This document shows positions 38,040 through 51,689 of a DNA stretch of 64,000 nucleotides, piece by piece. The notes under the pieces are model-generated. The model searched no databases. It saw nothing but the letters and a program-made list of their open reading frames with translations, and was not told the DNA's origin. Numbering within the stretch: the stretch's first letter is position 1; the number at the start of each line of letters is the position of its first letter. The position numbers and the translations under genes were made by a program. The stretch is from Lama glama. Lineage: Eukaryota. The stretch covers positions 51,710,001 to 51,774,000 of the forward strand of contig CM052816.1 of the NCBI GenBank assembly GCA_028534125.1, given 5' to 3'.

Positions 38040-41000
38040 GTCTAGAAGGAAAGGTTTCCTTATATCTGGCAAAAATTACAATTGATCAGTTAATTCAGTC
38101 CCATGTTAATTCTTGTTCTGTTTGAATTTGGTTCTGGATATTCTTACTTCAGTTTTATGATCTTAAAGTTATCAGAAAGCTGTACTTGTCAAGTTAGTAT
38201 TCCCTTAGGACCTATCAGATTTCCAGGAACTTTACATCATTTCTAGAAGAACATAAACACTTACTTGACAATGCTTCCTATGTAATTTAACATACATATA
38301 TAGTTGTAAGATCCAGACTTCTTAGGTAATCAAAGACTTGCTATGAAAGACAAAATTATTTTGACAAGACGCAATCATTGTTTTCTAGGCGGATCACTGA
38401 AAAGGCACAGAAATACCCCTGCTTACAATTTCTCATCATGAACAGACCAACAATCCAAAAACTCATGTGAGCCAACAGAGAATTCTGCAGTACATTTGAT
38501 TACTTTAGCATTGTCTATGCTATTGTCATGAGACTCAAATATTTGTATCAAAGTTTTCTGCCCCAACCAGGGTCTCTGATGATTTACAACACTAGCACAG
38601 GAAAACAGACACACAGTACAGCAGGAAAAGACCCAGCTTGACCCTGGGTTTTTCCCTCAGAATAACTTCTTCCATACATAAGAATTTACTGTTACATATA
38701 GACTCATTCTCTAACTGATCTTGGGTCATGGGGAATGTTAAGGCTTAAGAATTTTAAAACACATTGTTTTTTTTGGTAGTCCATTGTTACCCCAGACCAC
38801 AAAAAATACATTCTCTAAGTGAATGTTCAGGTTAGATTAGCACATTCTTATATTTACTGAGGAAATCATGCAACTACTTGCAACAGCAAGTCTATTCAAA
38901 AATCACTAAATCAAACTTTTTCTTTAACTCCTACAGTTGAGCTTGCTAGAAAAAAAAAGCCATTCAACTGTGCAGGTTAGGGTATCATTACACAATCACC
39001 ATCACCATATAAAGGGAACACTCAACACTGGCTGGCAACATACCTCTCTGCAATCAACAAGTTCCAATTCTCTAATATACTTATCTTAATATGAAGCCTA
39101 TCTAGAACCACAGGAAAATGTGCTGCCTCAAGAAATTTCAATAAAAATTCTGAACCCTATAAACATTGTAAGACAATATAGCTTCATTTGGTTCCCATAC
39201 ATTAAAGAAATCGCACTGCTTTCTACAAACATTTCTCCAAATTCCTATCTATTCTGATTTTTATTTTTTTTTCACTCAATTTAGAGACTATCTCTTAACA
39301 TCTTTTCAGTAATGTGTTTTGCTACTGGTAACTACCTACTTCTCTACATTCCCACATTTACAAAGCCTAGCATCTACTGTGGTTTTGTTTCTTAAGATAC
39401 ATAGATGGTTCTAACGCAGTTCAACACTTGTTACAAAATGACAGGGGTTTTTTCCTTTCCTTTTTGTTATTCTGGAATAACCATTTTGCTTTAGGACAAA
39501 TTACTTTTTTCTTTTTACAGAAAATGCACCTCCACTCCTCACATCTTCTTTTCCCCCGAACTTTTACTCCTCATATCTTCTTTAACTCAAAACATACCAC
39601 CTTTTCCCCAAAACAAGCTACTTTTCATATACAGTCATTTTCTTTCATTCTTATTATTTCTAGTAGCTTTGTACAAATCAATTTTTGGCTACAACAATCT
39701 GTACTTTTAAAAGCCTCTTTTACTCCTTTTTCTTCATTACTTTCCCAGACATTCTATCTCTTATCTTAATCAGGCTTTGTCATCACCTGGATCTTAATCT
39801 GCACCATTCTGTGTCCTCCTAGCTTTGCAAAATATAATGCTAAGATCTCTAACTTACTATCCTGTTTTTCCAACTTGTCTGCCCTAAGCTAGCAGAGTAA
39901 TGGACAATTATATATCCTTCCACCTTTTAATTCATCTTTATAGTCAGTTTTTTCCATGCGGCACAAATATGTTCACCAATAGATACAAATATCCCCAGTT
40001 CCTCTGCAAAAGGGAGCAAACTAATGGTTTAAGTTACCAAAAAGATCTGGGAAACCATTTAATTATGAAGTAATTATTGCTAAAAAAAAAAGTTCACCAT
40101 AAACTCTTATCTTTCATGCATCTAATTCATTTGCTCTTAATTATAATATAGTTTTAACAGTGTATTATAGTTTACTCAAATCAGCTGCATTATATTAATG
40201 TTGGTAATTCTGAAAGCTAGCTCACTCCAATCAAACCAACAAGTCTAAACCAGCTTTTATCTGTCAAACACTGCATCAATCATGTGAACTTGAACACCTG
40301 GGCTAGTTTGAGTCAACTGAATAGAGCTCTTTACAAACCAATTTTGGCAATACCATCCAGAGGTTAGAAAAAAAAAACATTACAACACGTCTATAATGTA
40401 TGTACATAGAACCAACACAAACAGATCTTTGTAAAAAGTTAGCCATGTCTCAGGTAAAAAACTCAAAGAATAGCTGAATCACCATGACAATCTCAAGTGA
40501 ACTAAATTAAGGTTACCTGCTCAGACAGCAGAAGTCTTACTAATGATTTCCATTCATATGCTAAAAGGATCTTTCTAGAGCTATTTTTGGAGACTTTATT
40601 TAAAAGAAATGTTGGCATACCAATCATAAAGTGCATTCCATTATCTCCAAAAGGTTTAAGATTCTCTCTTTTTCCTTTTAAGGTGGATTTATCTAAAACA
40701 AAGGTTCCCAGAACGGCCATTACAATCCCAAATCATTTAAAAGTTCACTCATCTTTTCAGAAAGGCACAAGAGCCTAATCCGAGGGCCAGGTGGAATCTA
40801 TCTTGCCTTTGGATTCCCTGAAACATCTTCCAGAGATAAATTAATTTTCACTCTGCAAAAGTCTCAGAGTGTTAAAAATGACTTCTCAAATCGGTAACCA
40901 CGAGGAGCCCTGTTTTTCAAAAGCTGTCCTAAAACACTGTAGAATCATGTTTTCCCTCCTTTTAAACAGGATAGGTGACTGACCAAGAAGGTTCAAGAAA

Positions 41001-41240
41001 CAGAGACATTGACAGAACAGAAGGAGAAAAAAAAAAACCCAGAAACAGAACAGAAAACAAAGCAAAAAGAACCGAAAAAACCCAAGCGTGCACAATAAAG
41101 TAGGAAGTAACACAAAGAGAGTGACGTTCAGACCCAAGGGACACTCACCGGGAACTCTGAGGTCCGCTTGGAACCGGCACCTAGTTTGCTCTCTGGCCTT
41201 GGGGCTACAAGGGTTCGTTTTCTGTGGGTCACGCTTCAGG
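38040..41240 (-). mobile_element. Degenerate ERV internal region (ERV1 MER4-group-like, non-coding)
   Basis: Motifs gttttatgatcttaaagttatcagaaa and ccattttgctttaggacaaatt. Lies next to an LTR-like block, with a leader-type splice donor. Confidence 0.55.
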
Positions 41241-41242
41241 CA

Positions 41243-41650
41243 TCATCAAATGCCACAGGTTCAGAAGTTAACAAAATAAACCCAAGGAATCACCAACTAG
41301 TAAAAATTGACTACGCACACACCAAAAACGCGGCTTACAAACTGAGAGCAGAGCGTGGAAAGAGGTGTCGAGCCCCCACAGCAGCTTATATAGTGAGAAG
41401 GCAGTGCGTTCACAGCGGCTGGTAATTAAGCTAAATTAATGACTAAACTGGTTTTGCCTGTGCAGGGAAACTTCAAGACTGGTCTCCATTTGCTTTTGGT
41501 TTTAACATGACAAAGTCTGTACCCTGTTTTAGGAGATGGTCTCAAGCCTGCCCAGATTTAAAGGGAATGGACACAGACCACATTTTTCAAAGGTAGGAAT
41601 GTGAAGGAATTGCAAGCTTATTTCAAAACCACCATAATCTTGCAGACTGT
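41243..41650 (-). mobile_element. LTR-like element 5' of the ERV internal region
   Basis: Minus strand has TATATAA (41392-41386) and ends ...ctgtggCA, followed by a degenerate PBS-like tttgatga... sequence. Confidence 0.5.
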
Positions 41651-42149
41651 CCTAGAAGCAGCCCCTGTGGAAACATGGAGACTTTCTAGGAGTGAAAAAT
41701 GACCCACAGTAACCCATGCAACTCTGCTCACAAGAGTTCCCCCTACAAAAGTAGGAACGGGGTAAATTATTCTGACATCTTTGCACAATTCCTTTACCTC
41801 TAATCTTGGATCCCAAAGTGCATCCAGGGGTTGTTTCTTTTGTTTGTTTGTTTTTCAAAGGAAGTGCTTTTATTTTATTTTATTTTTTCAGGGACTGTTT
41901 CTAATAACAAAAAGATTTGGGATGATTAAAAACTGCTGGAGCATCTGCTCTAAATATTCAACCTGGGACAAGACTATCTTTGGACTGCAAGACAAGAAGA
42001 ATAAAAGACGGCTTTTTAAATGAAGGCTGAGATTGCGCTGGGGAAGGTCACATGTCCATTATTGCCCAGTTTAGCTAGAGGAACCTAAAACTCTTGGCCG
42101 CTGGGCTGATTTGCTCTCCCACAAGATTCTTTCTCCTAAGAAAGTCTGC

Positions 42150-43700
42150 CTGAACTTGGGATAGCATAAGCCATTTCCCTGGGGAACAGACTCAGTGCAA
42201 AGATTCACATGTTAGAACTGTGTTGGGGGAGTGATTTTCCCCAACAATACCTGCAAGGGAAGGTGTACTTGTTTCCTTTGCTGCTGTAAAAAATTATCGC
42301 AAGCACTGGCTTAACACAGCATAATATATCATTTAATGGTTCTAGAGATCAGAAGTCCCAAATCAGTCAGCAGGGCTATATACCTCCTGGAGATCCTGCA
42401 GAGAATCTGACTTCTTGACTTTCTCATCTTCTTGAGGCCAACTAAATTCTTCGGGTTGTGGCCCCTTCCTCCATCTTCAAAACCAGCAGCACAGCATCTT
42501 CTCTCTTCTCTGACCTCCTGGTTCCTCTTAAAAGGATCCTTGTGATTACATCTGGCCCACCAAGGATAATCTCTTCATCTCCAGGTCTTAACTTAATCAC
42601 ATCTACGGATTTCCTTTTGCCATGTAAGGCAACATATTCATGGGTTCTGGGGAGTAAGATGTTGACACCTCTGGGAAGCCATTAATCTGTCTACCACAAT
42701 GGGAAGAGGGCAAACTGGGCAGAGGGAGAAGTTGAACAGTGATGTAGGTACAACAAAGAGCTCAGCCAATCCCACGGAGATTCTAAACCAGGCATGTTCT
42801 TGTCCTGGCAAGAAGTCAGGCCCTTATACTCCTCAAATTAGCCAGTCAGTGAATACGAGTTCCCCCAGGGAGGGAACATTAATGAAAACCTGGCAGTTCC
42901 CTTCCACTAAGGGCAATTCCTGGGGAGGTGCCCAGGTGTCATCCAAGAACTGGGACACTCTGAGTAACTGGGAGAATAAATGTTTGGGTCCTGAGGAGGG
43001 TATCTGTGCAGCACACCACAGAACCCACCAGAGTTCACCCTTTGCCTGTCCAGATCCACTTGCTTTGTAGTCAGACCATCCTGGAAGAGCTGCTCCAAAG
43101 TTCTGGCTGGTCCCTTTTCCTAGAGAAAACTTACAAGAGGAACTTTAGTGTGACAAACTCTATCCCCCGCACGGCAGCTGGTTTCAGAACGGTGACGATA
43201 CTAACACTCACCCTCCTCCACCATCCATTCCAGATTCCCCATAGCAAGCACCTCTACCAACTTGGGTAAACTAGAGCCACATCCCTGAGGGACCTTGTTC
43301 ATCCCTGGTCATCACGCCCTTCATGGACATGGCTGCTGCACAGGTCTATTTATCACCAAAATTGAGCAAGGGAGAACCAAGAGATGCCCTGAGAATCACT
43401 GCATGCCAAATGTATTTTTCCCTTTCCCAGAAGTCCCACCTCCTCCTGGAGTTTCAGATCGGTTGCCCCTGCCAGGATGATGACACTTTTCCTTCTTGCT
43501 GGTCTCTTAGCCTAAGGAGCCTGGAATGACCAGGACTCTTGCTGGACCCCACAGCAGAAGTACCCCACCTTGGGAATGAGGAGATCTACACACACAAAGC
43601 CCTGAGTTGCAAGTTGCAAGGGCTGGAATCACTCATTTCCCAAGTTACATAAGTGACGGTAAGTGGGTCCATTTCTACTTTCATCCCATCCATCCCAGAC
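42150..43700 (-). mobile_element. LTR33-like ERVL LTR with adjacent internal sequence, interrupted by an MLT1
   Basis: gggcagagggagaagttgaac..tcagccaatcccacgg..agggcaattcctgggga..gcacaccacagaacccac. Confidence 0.6.
42264..42698 (-). mobile_element. MLT1 (MaLR) solo LTR
   Basis: tgtacttgtttcctttgctgctgtaa...ccttttgccatgtaaggcaacatattca...ctaccaca. Confidence 0.85.
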
Positions 43701-43739
43701 CTTTGTGTTCTATTAGGGACACATACAATAATCTGCTAT

Positions 43740-44640
43740 GGTTTCCAAACTCCCCTTCTTCCACCTCTGCCCCCTACAATCTATTCCCAAAAGAGCAACT
43801 GGACTGATTCTTTTGAAATATAATGCAAATCTTATCTTTCCTCTGTTCAAAATTCCCCAATTTCCCATTTCATTCTGATTAAAAGCCAAAGTCCTTACAA
43901 TGGCCTTGAAGGCTCTGCACAACTTGTCTCTCCCTTCATTACCTTTCTGATATTATCTCAGGACCCTCCTGCCCAGTCTGCTCCACACACCTCTAAGCTG
44001 ATCCTCAAACATGCCAGGTACACTGCTACCTACGGGCCTTTGCACTTGCTGTTCCCTCTTCCAGAACCCTGTTATATTAGACAGAATAAACTAGGCAATG
44101 TTGCAATAATGAAAAACCCACACATCTCAGGGTTAAAGCAAGAGAGATTCTGGGCCAGTTGTTGGCTCTGGCCCACACGGTTCTGATGGACATGCAACCT
44201 GGGCCTTTCTATCTGGACTCCACTGGCTGAAGAGAAGGAAACTAACAAATCATGGCTGGACCCTTATAGTCCTTTACCCACCACCGTTTACATCTCATTG
44301 GCCAAAGTGACTTATACTCAAGGAGATACAAAATACAGTCCTCCCACGTGGCCAGGAGGAGGACAGGAACTTTAATGAACAGTCCTGAAGACAAACTTCT
44401 CCCCAGAGAGACCTCATGGCCCCTCCCTCACTTCCTTCTGAACTTTGCTCACATGTCAGAGTCTCAGGGAGGCCTTTCCTGATCATTCTGTGTAAAATTG
44501 CAACCATGTCACCTACCTCCTTCTCTATCCTGTTTGATTTTTCTCCAAAGCATCACACACACACATTTACATTTTGTTTGTTCAATTTCTGCCTCCCTTC
44601 ACCAGAACAGAAGCTCCATGAGAGCAGGGATAAGCTCTCA
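43740..44640 (+). mobile_element. L2 fragment split by an old MLT1-like LTR (about 44070-44390)
   Basis: L2 motifs ccaaagtccttacaatggcc, gggcctttgcacttgctgttccctct and aagctccatgagagcaggga flank a block containing ctcattggccaaagtgact. Confidence 0.7.
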
Positions 44641-46054
44641 ATATTAGCTGGGAAAATATTCGGGACCCACTTGGCGTCCTATTCCTGTTTGTATTAGGAT
44701 TTTGAAAGACTAATTGATGGTGGTCATTTGTCTCCAAACTTCTTCTGACCTAATTTAACAGACAAGGACAAGAGCAAAATAGTAAGGAAATGGGGGCCCA
44801 TTTCTATGCCCCTCTGATAGCCCAGGCTTCATGTGTGAGTCTATGGTGGAAAGAATGTGCAAAAATGGTCCTAATTCCAACAGGTAGGAAATGTAATCTT
44901 TCTAAGATGTATTAAAATGTTTGTCTCATTAGTTCCAAAAACTCATTAGTTTTTCTGACTTACAAGTTACTGTCACCTAATGTAAAGTTATTTTTAATTA
45001 AATATGAATATCGTTAAAATGTATCCAGGGAATCACACAATAGAAAGTAATTCTGAAGACTATTAATGTGTATCAGTCCCAGGCACAGTGCAGCGTCCTA
45101 CTTAGCAGGAGGACTAGCGGGCAGTAGTTCAGATAAATCCCTGCTGTCTGGCACTAGGTTACTTTCCCACATTTTCTCTGCATGTGATAAAATCAAGAGA
45201 AAAAAATCCTAAATGAAAAATCCAAGATGTCAATATCTACACTATGGGAAATTGTTTTCTTTTAAAATGCTACATGATCATTATTAGGATATTATTAAAA
45301 ACATTCATACTATTTTATCTAAATAACACTGCGAATGGCAACGGTTGTTAGTATCTTGGACATGTGACTCAAGAAGCATTTTACTTAGGAATTCAGATTT
45401 GATTAATGATTAGGTGGGCAACTCATGGTAAGTTTCTGGACCTTGTTTTCTCATTTAAAAATTGGAATAATTATAGTGGTCACCCCCATGCAGAATGTCT
45501 TGTGAATTTAATTAATGATCCCAAAGCCCCTCAGGATAATATGGCACTGTATGAAGCTGGGTCACTGTTTTAGTCTCCCATAGGGGCAGGAACTGACCTG
45601 TATCTGTTTGAGGCTGCTTTGTGTGCCCCACAGCACACAGGCAGAGCTTGTGCCAGTGAGACCTGGTGGTGACTGAGCAGTTGCCTGATTTGAAGACACA
45701 GTGATGACTGTGTAGGTTTCACATCTCTAGCCCAGCCAGCCACATGGCTGAAAAACAGATTTCAAAATTGCTGTAAGAAAGAAATATTTCCAATGTATGT
45801 TGCCTTTGTTTTATTAAAATACTACAAAGGGTATTATCAAACATCATTATAAAAGTGTACCACCTGTTTGAGAAAAATGACTTACAATAGAAGTGTGATA
45901 TTGTGAGCTGGATCACTCACCTTATATGAGCTAAAAATGAACAGCACTGATGTCAACCAGTGATAGAGAAAAATAAACAGAAATGAATATTTTCATAGGA
46001 AATATAAGAAAAATAAAGGACTGTCAGCAATTTTGTAAGAACATGTGGGAATGT

Positions 46055-46720
46055 ATCAGAAATCTTTTGGTTGCACATGACAGATAAGCAAAGTCAAATG
46101 GTTTTAAACCAAAAAAAAAAAAAAAGTGGGAGGAGGAGGGACCATAGAAAAGACTTATCTGTTCACATAACTGTAAAGTTCCAAAGTACATTGATTTCAG
46201 GTGAGGCCTGATCCAGCAGCTGACCAAAATTATCAAGGACTTACCTTTCCTCATGACTGAATGCCCTTGTACAAATCCCTAATAATTTTTAAAATTTGTC
46301 TAGCTTCCATTCTCCACTCCTAATTAGAGCTCAATTTCCTTTTGGGGAAAGACTTCACCAGTGTGTTTAATCTTACTGAGACAGTAATTGCAGGCATCTG
46401 TCTCATCTCTATCGAAACTGAGATAAACAGATTTTACCCATCCTGTGCCCTTCCCTTCCCCAGTCCTAGGGCCATGGGCAGACATATGACCTAAGCTTGG
46501 TCAGACAGATGCTCTCTCCTGGGACTTTAGATCTGGTCCAAGGTCCACAAGGATGAAAGGCCATACCAGACTTCTTAATAAACATTTGCTGCACTTCCCA
46601 GCCCTGCAGCACAGACTTTGCTCCTCCCACTGTCAAACCTGGTTCACCATATCAACTTTGGGAGCCCCCAAAGCGTTCCCCTTTGCTTAGGATGCTTAGG
46701 TCCTGTTGCTTGATTGACAG
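46055..46720. mobile_element. Old MLT1-like LTR fragments
   Basis: cttttggttgca..tgacaga and ttcaggtgaggcctgatccagcagct. Confidence 0.45.
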
Positions 46721-48021
46721 AGTGATGAAGACTTTATAGGGATGACCATGCAGAGGAGAGCCTCCTCTCTCTGTGTCCCCATGGCAACGTGTACAGTATC
46801 TTATGATAGTCCCTTTTCACATCACACCACTGACTTATACCAGAGAGTGCCAAGAACAGAAACCTTATCTATGCTTAGCCCAGGGTCTAGTTAATATTAC
46901 ATATTTAGAATAATGTGTTGAATGAATAGATTGACAAATGAAAGTCTTTAGAGAGAAAAGACATGCTGGTATTAAACAATTCTAAAATTTAAGGCAGTAT
47001 ATTATCAAGCACAAATCATAAGGGCTCTTTACAAAGTGTGGAACTGCCAGAAAGAATATTTTTTAAGGCTGTTTTATGGGGAGTTATTGCACATTCTTTG
47101 AGGATCTATATACCTGTCAGGACTAATCTTGTTTCAACCTTGAAATTTAATCTGAAGGCTTCTTAAGGGCAGATTGATGTCTGTCTAATAGGCAATAAAT
47201 ATTATCCATTTTGCCACCAAGAAATGCCTCTAATGTTTTGGGTCAAGCCTCTTCCTAAATGAAAAAAAGTATCCAAACCCGCAGATTGGTTTCAGCCTGC
47301 CAGCATCACTTGGGGCACGGAGCCCTGGCTGATGACCCCCTGCAGCCAAAGATGTACTGGGTCCCCAGTGTGAGCACTGCTCAGTGGGCACCACCCCTGC
47401 CCTCCCCCATGCGAGTACTGAGTCCTTCACTCTGTAAACCAAAGGCTCAGCCTCACTGCAGGGTCACAGCCAAGTCTAGCCTAGCTGCAGGTGGACCTAC
47501 GGGACTTGTGGTGGGCAGCAGGGAACACAGGAAGCAGGGGCAGTGGGCAGCACACCTAGTCAGGGTCTGCCTCTTCCTTGCCCCCTTCCCCTTCCTTTCC
47601 TGTGTCTTCTTGAGCCATGCAGCCTAAAGCCAGTATGTGAGGCGAGTATGTGGATATATGCCAGGCGCCCCTAGCAGGATGCTGTGCCCACCCAGTGGGA
47701 AGGTGGCCCCAGCACAGGGCCTGGATGGGAGTCAGAGCCTGAGCCTGTGAGGAGGGTGCTCCTCAAGGGCAGTGATGGCCTGGAGGTGGGAGACTAGGTA
47801 CACAGAGGGGCATCAACCAAGTAAGGCAATCGATCAAGCATGATGTAAACCAGGTTTCTCACTGTCAGAAAATAGAGTTAGAAATACGGGAAACCCTGCA
47901 TTGGTGGATGGGAATTGGGTCTATCAATCTGAATCTGAGGTGTTATAGATGTTAGAGATATTAGTTTCCCAGGGCTGGTAAAACAAATATCACAAACTGG
48001 GTGGTTTAAAACAGCAGACTG

Positions 48022-48727
48022 GAAGAAATACAAATGATCAATAGGCACATGAAAAAATGCTCAGTATCACTAATTATCAAAGAAATGCAAATCAAAACTA
48101 CAATGAGATATCACCTCACACCAGTCAGAATGGCTATCATTCAGAAGTCCACAAAAGACAAATGCTGGAGAGGCTGTGGAGAAAAGGGAACCCTCCTACA
48201 CTGCTGGTGGGAATGCAGTTTGGTGCAGCCACTGTGGAAAACAGTATGGAGAGTCCTCAAAAGACTAGGAATAGACTTACCATATGACCCAGGAATCCCA
48301 CTCCTGGGCATATATTCAGAAGGAAACCTACTTCAGAAAGACTCCTGCACCCCAATGTTCAGAGTAGCACTATTTACAATAGCCAAGACATGGAAATAGC
48401 CTAAATGTNNNNNNNNNNNNNNNNNNNNNNNNNNNNNNNNNNNNNNNNNNNNNNNNNNNNNNNNNNNNNNNNNNNNNNNNNNNNNNNNNNNNNNNNNNNN
48501 NNNNNNNNGGGATAGACTGGGGTTTCAAAATGTAGACTAGATAAACAAGATTATACTGTAAGCACAGGGAAAATATACAAGATCTTGTGGTAGCTCACAG
48601 CGAAAAAAAAATGTCACAATGAATATATATATGTTCATGTATAACTGAAAAATTGTGCTCTACACTGGAATTTGACACAACATTGTAAAATGACTATAAC
48701 TCAATAAAAACGTTAAAACAAACAAAC
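48022..48727 (+). mobile_element. Young 5'-truncated camelid LINE-1 with 13-bp target-site duplication
   Basis: Open ORF2 C-terminal frame ([26 protein letters not shown]), 3'UTR, AATAAA and (AAAC)n tail. TSD aaacagcagactg at 48009-48021 and 48728-48740. Confidence 0.93.
48409..48508. other. Assembly gap (100 N)
   Basis: Run of exactly 100 n inside the young L1. Confidence 1.
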
Positions 48728-50299
48728 AAACAGCAGACTGCTTCTCTTGCGGTTCTGGAGGCCACAAGTCAGAAATCAAGGTGTGGGAGCAGATACACTA
48801 CAACCAAAGGCTCTGGGGGAGAATCTGTACCCACCTCTTCCAGCTTCCGGTGGCTCGTGTGTTCCTTAGCTTGTTACTACATCACTCCAACCTCTGTCTC
48901 CTCCCCTTCTCTGCGTGTCTTGTCCTCTGGATGTCTAGCTTAAAAGTATACACATGATTGCATTTAGGGTACACCTAGATAATCCAGACAAGCTTCTCCT
49001 CTCAGATCCTTAATCCTTTTTTTTTTTTTTTTTTTTGCCATTTAAGGTAATATACATGTGTTCTGGTAAGGACATGGACATATCTTTGGGTTGGGGGGAC
49101 TGTCATTCAACCCACTACAGACAGATACACACACACTTCCACTTCATAGCTCTGTCCACAGTGAGGGCCCAGGAGCAGTGACACTCAAACAGCAACAAGC
49201 ACATCCAGGACCCAGATCTTGGCTTCTAAATACTGCTTTCCACTAAAAGGAAACAGCTTCCTTGACGAAATGCCTGTTTATGGGGCTGGGGAAGGGAAAA
49301 TACAAGATGAGCCGGGAACATCTGGTTGCCTGGGAAAATGAGGAATTACAAAAGAATGATAGAAAAATGTCAAAAGGACCCAGAAGCCAGTTTGATCCAA
49401 CTGAGGGCAATTTGAGCATCAAAATGAATAATGGTAATAAAAGAGGTAGCCCATTGACCAAAATAGGAAACCATGAGTCCAGAGAGAGCAAATAAATTAA
49501 TGAATAAACCACAAATGTAATGAGGAATGAGATGCTTACATAGTTTCAAAAACTACTTCCACACAAAATGCTTATAAATTACACAGGGAAATTATCAGGA
49601 GAAAATTAACCAAAGGACCAAAATGAACATCATTAAAAATGGGAAAGGTTGAAAATGTGCAGCACTGGGTAAGATGCGTGAAGAAGAATGCATCAATTCT
49701 TGATTCCCTGCCCAAGGTGCATAGACTCACCCTGGTTACAAGGAGACATCAGACAAACCCAAACTGATGGTCATTCTACAAAATAACTGGCCTGGAACCT
49801 TCCAAAGTGGCAAGGTCACAAAAGTCAAAAAAAGACTGAAGACTTGTTCCAGACAGAAGGAGACCAAAGGAAGATGACTACTGAAGGTAACACAAGGCAT
49901 CATTGGAGCAACCGGTAAAATATAAATGGGGTCTGAGGACTAGTGTTAATAACATATTAATGTTAACTTCCTAGTAGAATGCCCTGATTACACAAAATTC
50001 ACATTCAAATATTTGGGAATACTAATAGGTCCTCAGGCTGGCAACTTACTCTCAAATGGTTCAGGGAAAAATGAGTTCTTTGTATGGTACTTCCACTTTT
50101 CTGTAAGTCTGTGATTGTTTAAATACACACACACAAATCAGGAGTGACCTTCAGTCTAGTAAACGGTTAGGAACTGCAGGATACAGCTTGAGAAGCTGCC
50201 CACCACCATCAGCTAGTTGCCATATACATTTATCATTTGTTTCATCCTGATTAGAATGATTTACATTTTTGTAGCACATTCACTTGTTATTTCTTAAAA

Positions 50300-50430
50300 C
50301 ATGACCTCTATAAAGTCAGGGACTACATTTATTTCACTCATCATTTCTTTTATCCAATGACCAGAACAGTACCTAGGACACAGTAGGCACTCAGTAAATA
50401 GGCACTGATTGAATGAATGAAACAATGAAG
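50300..50430 (+). mobile_element. L2 3' end
   Basis: agaacagtacctaggacacagtaggcactcagtaaata..ttgaatgaatgaa. Confidence 0.75.
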
Positions 50431-50554
50431 GCAGGCTGGACTAAAAGAAGCCTGGCCTTTGGAGTTTCACAGATCTGGGTAAACCTGCCTCTCTCTCATT
50501 TTCTGATTGTGTAGTCCTGACTCCCCTGATCACCTCTCAGGCTAGCTGACACAA

Positions 50555-50670
50555 CAGCCAGACTAACGGGTTTGAATCCTGCCTTTACTCTCTCCTAGCT
50601 GTGTGGTCTTGGGCAAGTTTCCTCACCCATAAAATGGGAATGATAATGGTCCCCATACTTCATAGGGCTG
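50555..50670 (+). mobile_element. MIR SINE
   Basis: gggtttgaatcctg..ctagctgtgtggtcttgggcaagtt..taaaatgggaatgataat. Confidence 0.75.
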
Positions 50671-50684
50671 TGCAGCATGTTATG

Positions 50685-51015
50685 ATGGCTCAGATGGTTC
50701 CACTGGAGAATTCTAGCAAATGTTCAAGAACACCAAATCTAAACAATTGCTGTAGAATATAGAGGGGACACTTCCCACTTCATTGCATGAATCTTGACAC
50801 CAAAAACAAAGACAATAAAGAAAAAGAAAAGAAAGAGAACTAAAGATCAATATCTCTCAAAAATACAGATGTAAAAATTCTTAACAAAATATTGGCAAAC
50901 AGAATTCAGCAACATATAAAAAGAACTATACCCCATGACTAAGTGAGGTTTATTCCAGAGATGCAAGGCTGACTCCACATTTGAAAGCAATCCTTGTGCT
51001 CCAGCATACTGTTAA
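50685..51015 (+). mobile_element. Old L1 ORF2 fragment
   Basis: cagatggttccactggagaattcta..acagatgtaaaaattcttaacaaaatattggcaaac..gtttattccagagatgcaagg. Confidence 0.85.
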
Positions 51016-51689
51016 GCAGGGGCGGTGGCAGCCAGAGGCCTCCAATGAGTAGCGCCTGGATGATGGTGGGGCCAAGAAAATCCTAGGAAGTGAAAAAATT
51101 GGACTCTATAGACATGGCTTTTGTTTAAACAAAATAAAAGGCTGTACTCCATACGCATTAGGTGACACCTCGCTTATACACCAATGCTTGTCCATCTGAG
51201 AGCCGGGGCCACTGGAGGTGCAGGAACAAACAGGAGAAAGGCTGGCCTGAGGCTCCAGGTGCTACATAGGACAGTCCAATTTCTCAAGATCAGAGTGGTC
51301 CCAAGAATAGCGTCCAGGAGCAAGGAAGAGCAAGAGACCCTCCAGGCAAGTTGGCACTCAAAATGTAAGAAAACCCATTCTGAATTTTTTGCTCAGGAAC
51401 TCTTTATTTAAGCTTTGAACCCCATCTATTTAAATTTGAATTTGAATTTAAAGCATTGACCTGGCAGCTTTCATAATCTAAACCAAAGGTGGAGATAGAG
51501 GCTGCTAGCTAATAAAGTTCATTTCTGTATGCAATACTTTGAATTACCAAGCCCTCTGTCTAGAATTCATCTCCTAAAATAAAAAGACTCCCAGCTGCCT
51601 CTGATGTTCAGAACAATAAGTCTTCGGACTCTCGGTGCCTTGCCTGCATCTCCTGGGCACTTACCATCCCAGCTTTCAGCACAAGCTGA

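Larger units (their letters stand above)
47957..49119 (-). mobile_element. MLT1 (MaLR) LTR, split by a young L1
   Basis: tattagtttcccagggct..cacaaactgggtggtttaaaacagcaga | ..gttctggaggccacaagtc..cattcaacccactaca. Confidence 0.85.
47805..50125 (+). mobile_element. Ancient L1 3' end (L1MC/MD-like) hosting nested insertions
   Basis: ccaggtttctcactgtcagaaa before the insert. After it: agctctgtccac..cccagatcttggcttctaaatac..atcagacaaacccaaa..caacttactctcaaatggttcagg. Confidence 0.8.

Noticed and set aside
41218..41243. Assigning a specific tRNA primer-binding site to the ERV
   Set aside because: It resembles a Trp-type PBS only loosely and is too degenerate to call.
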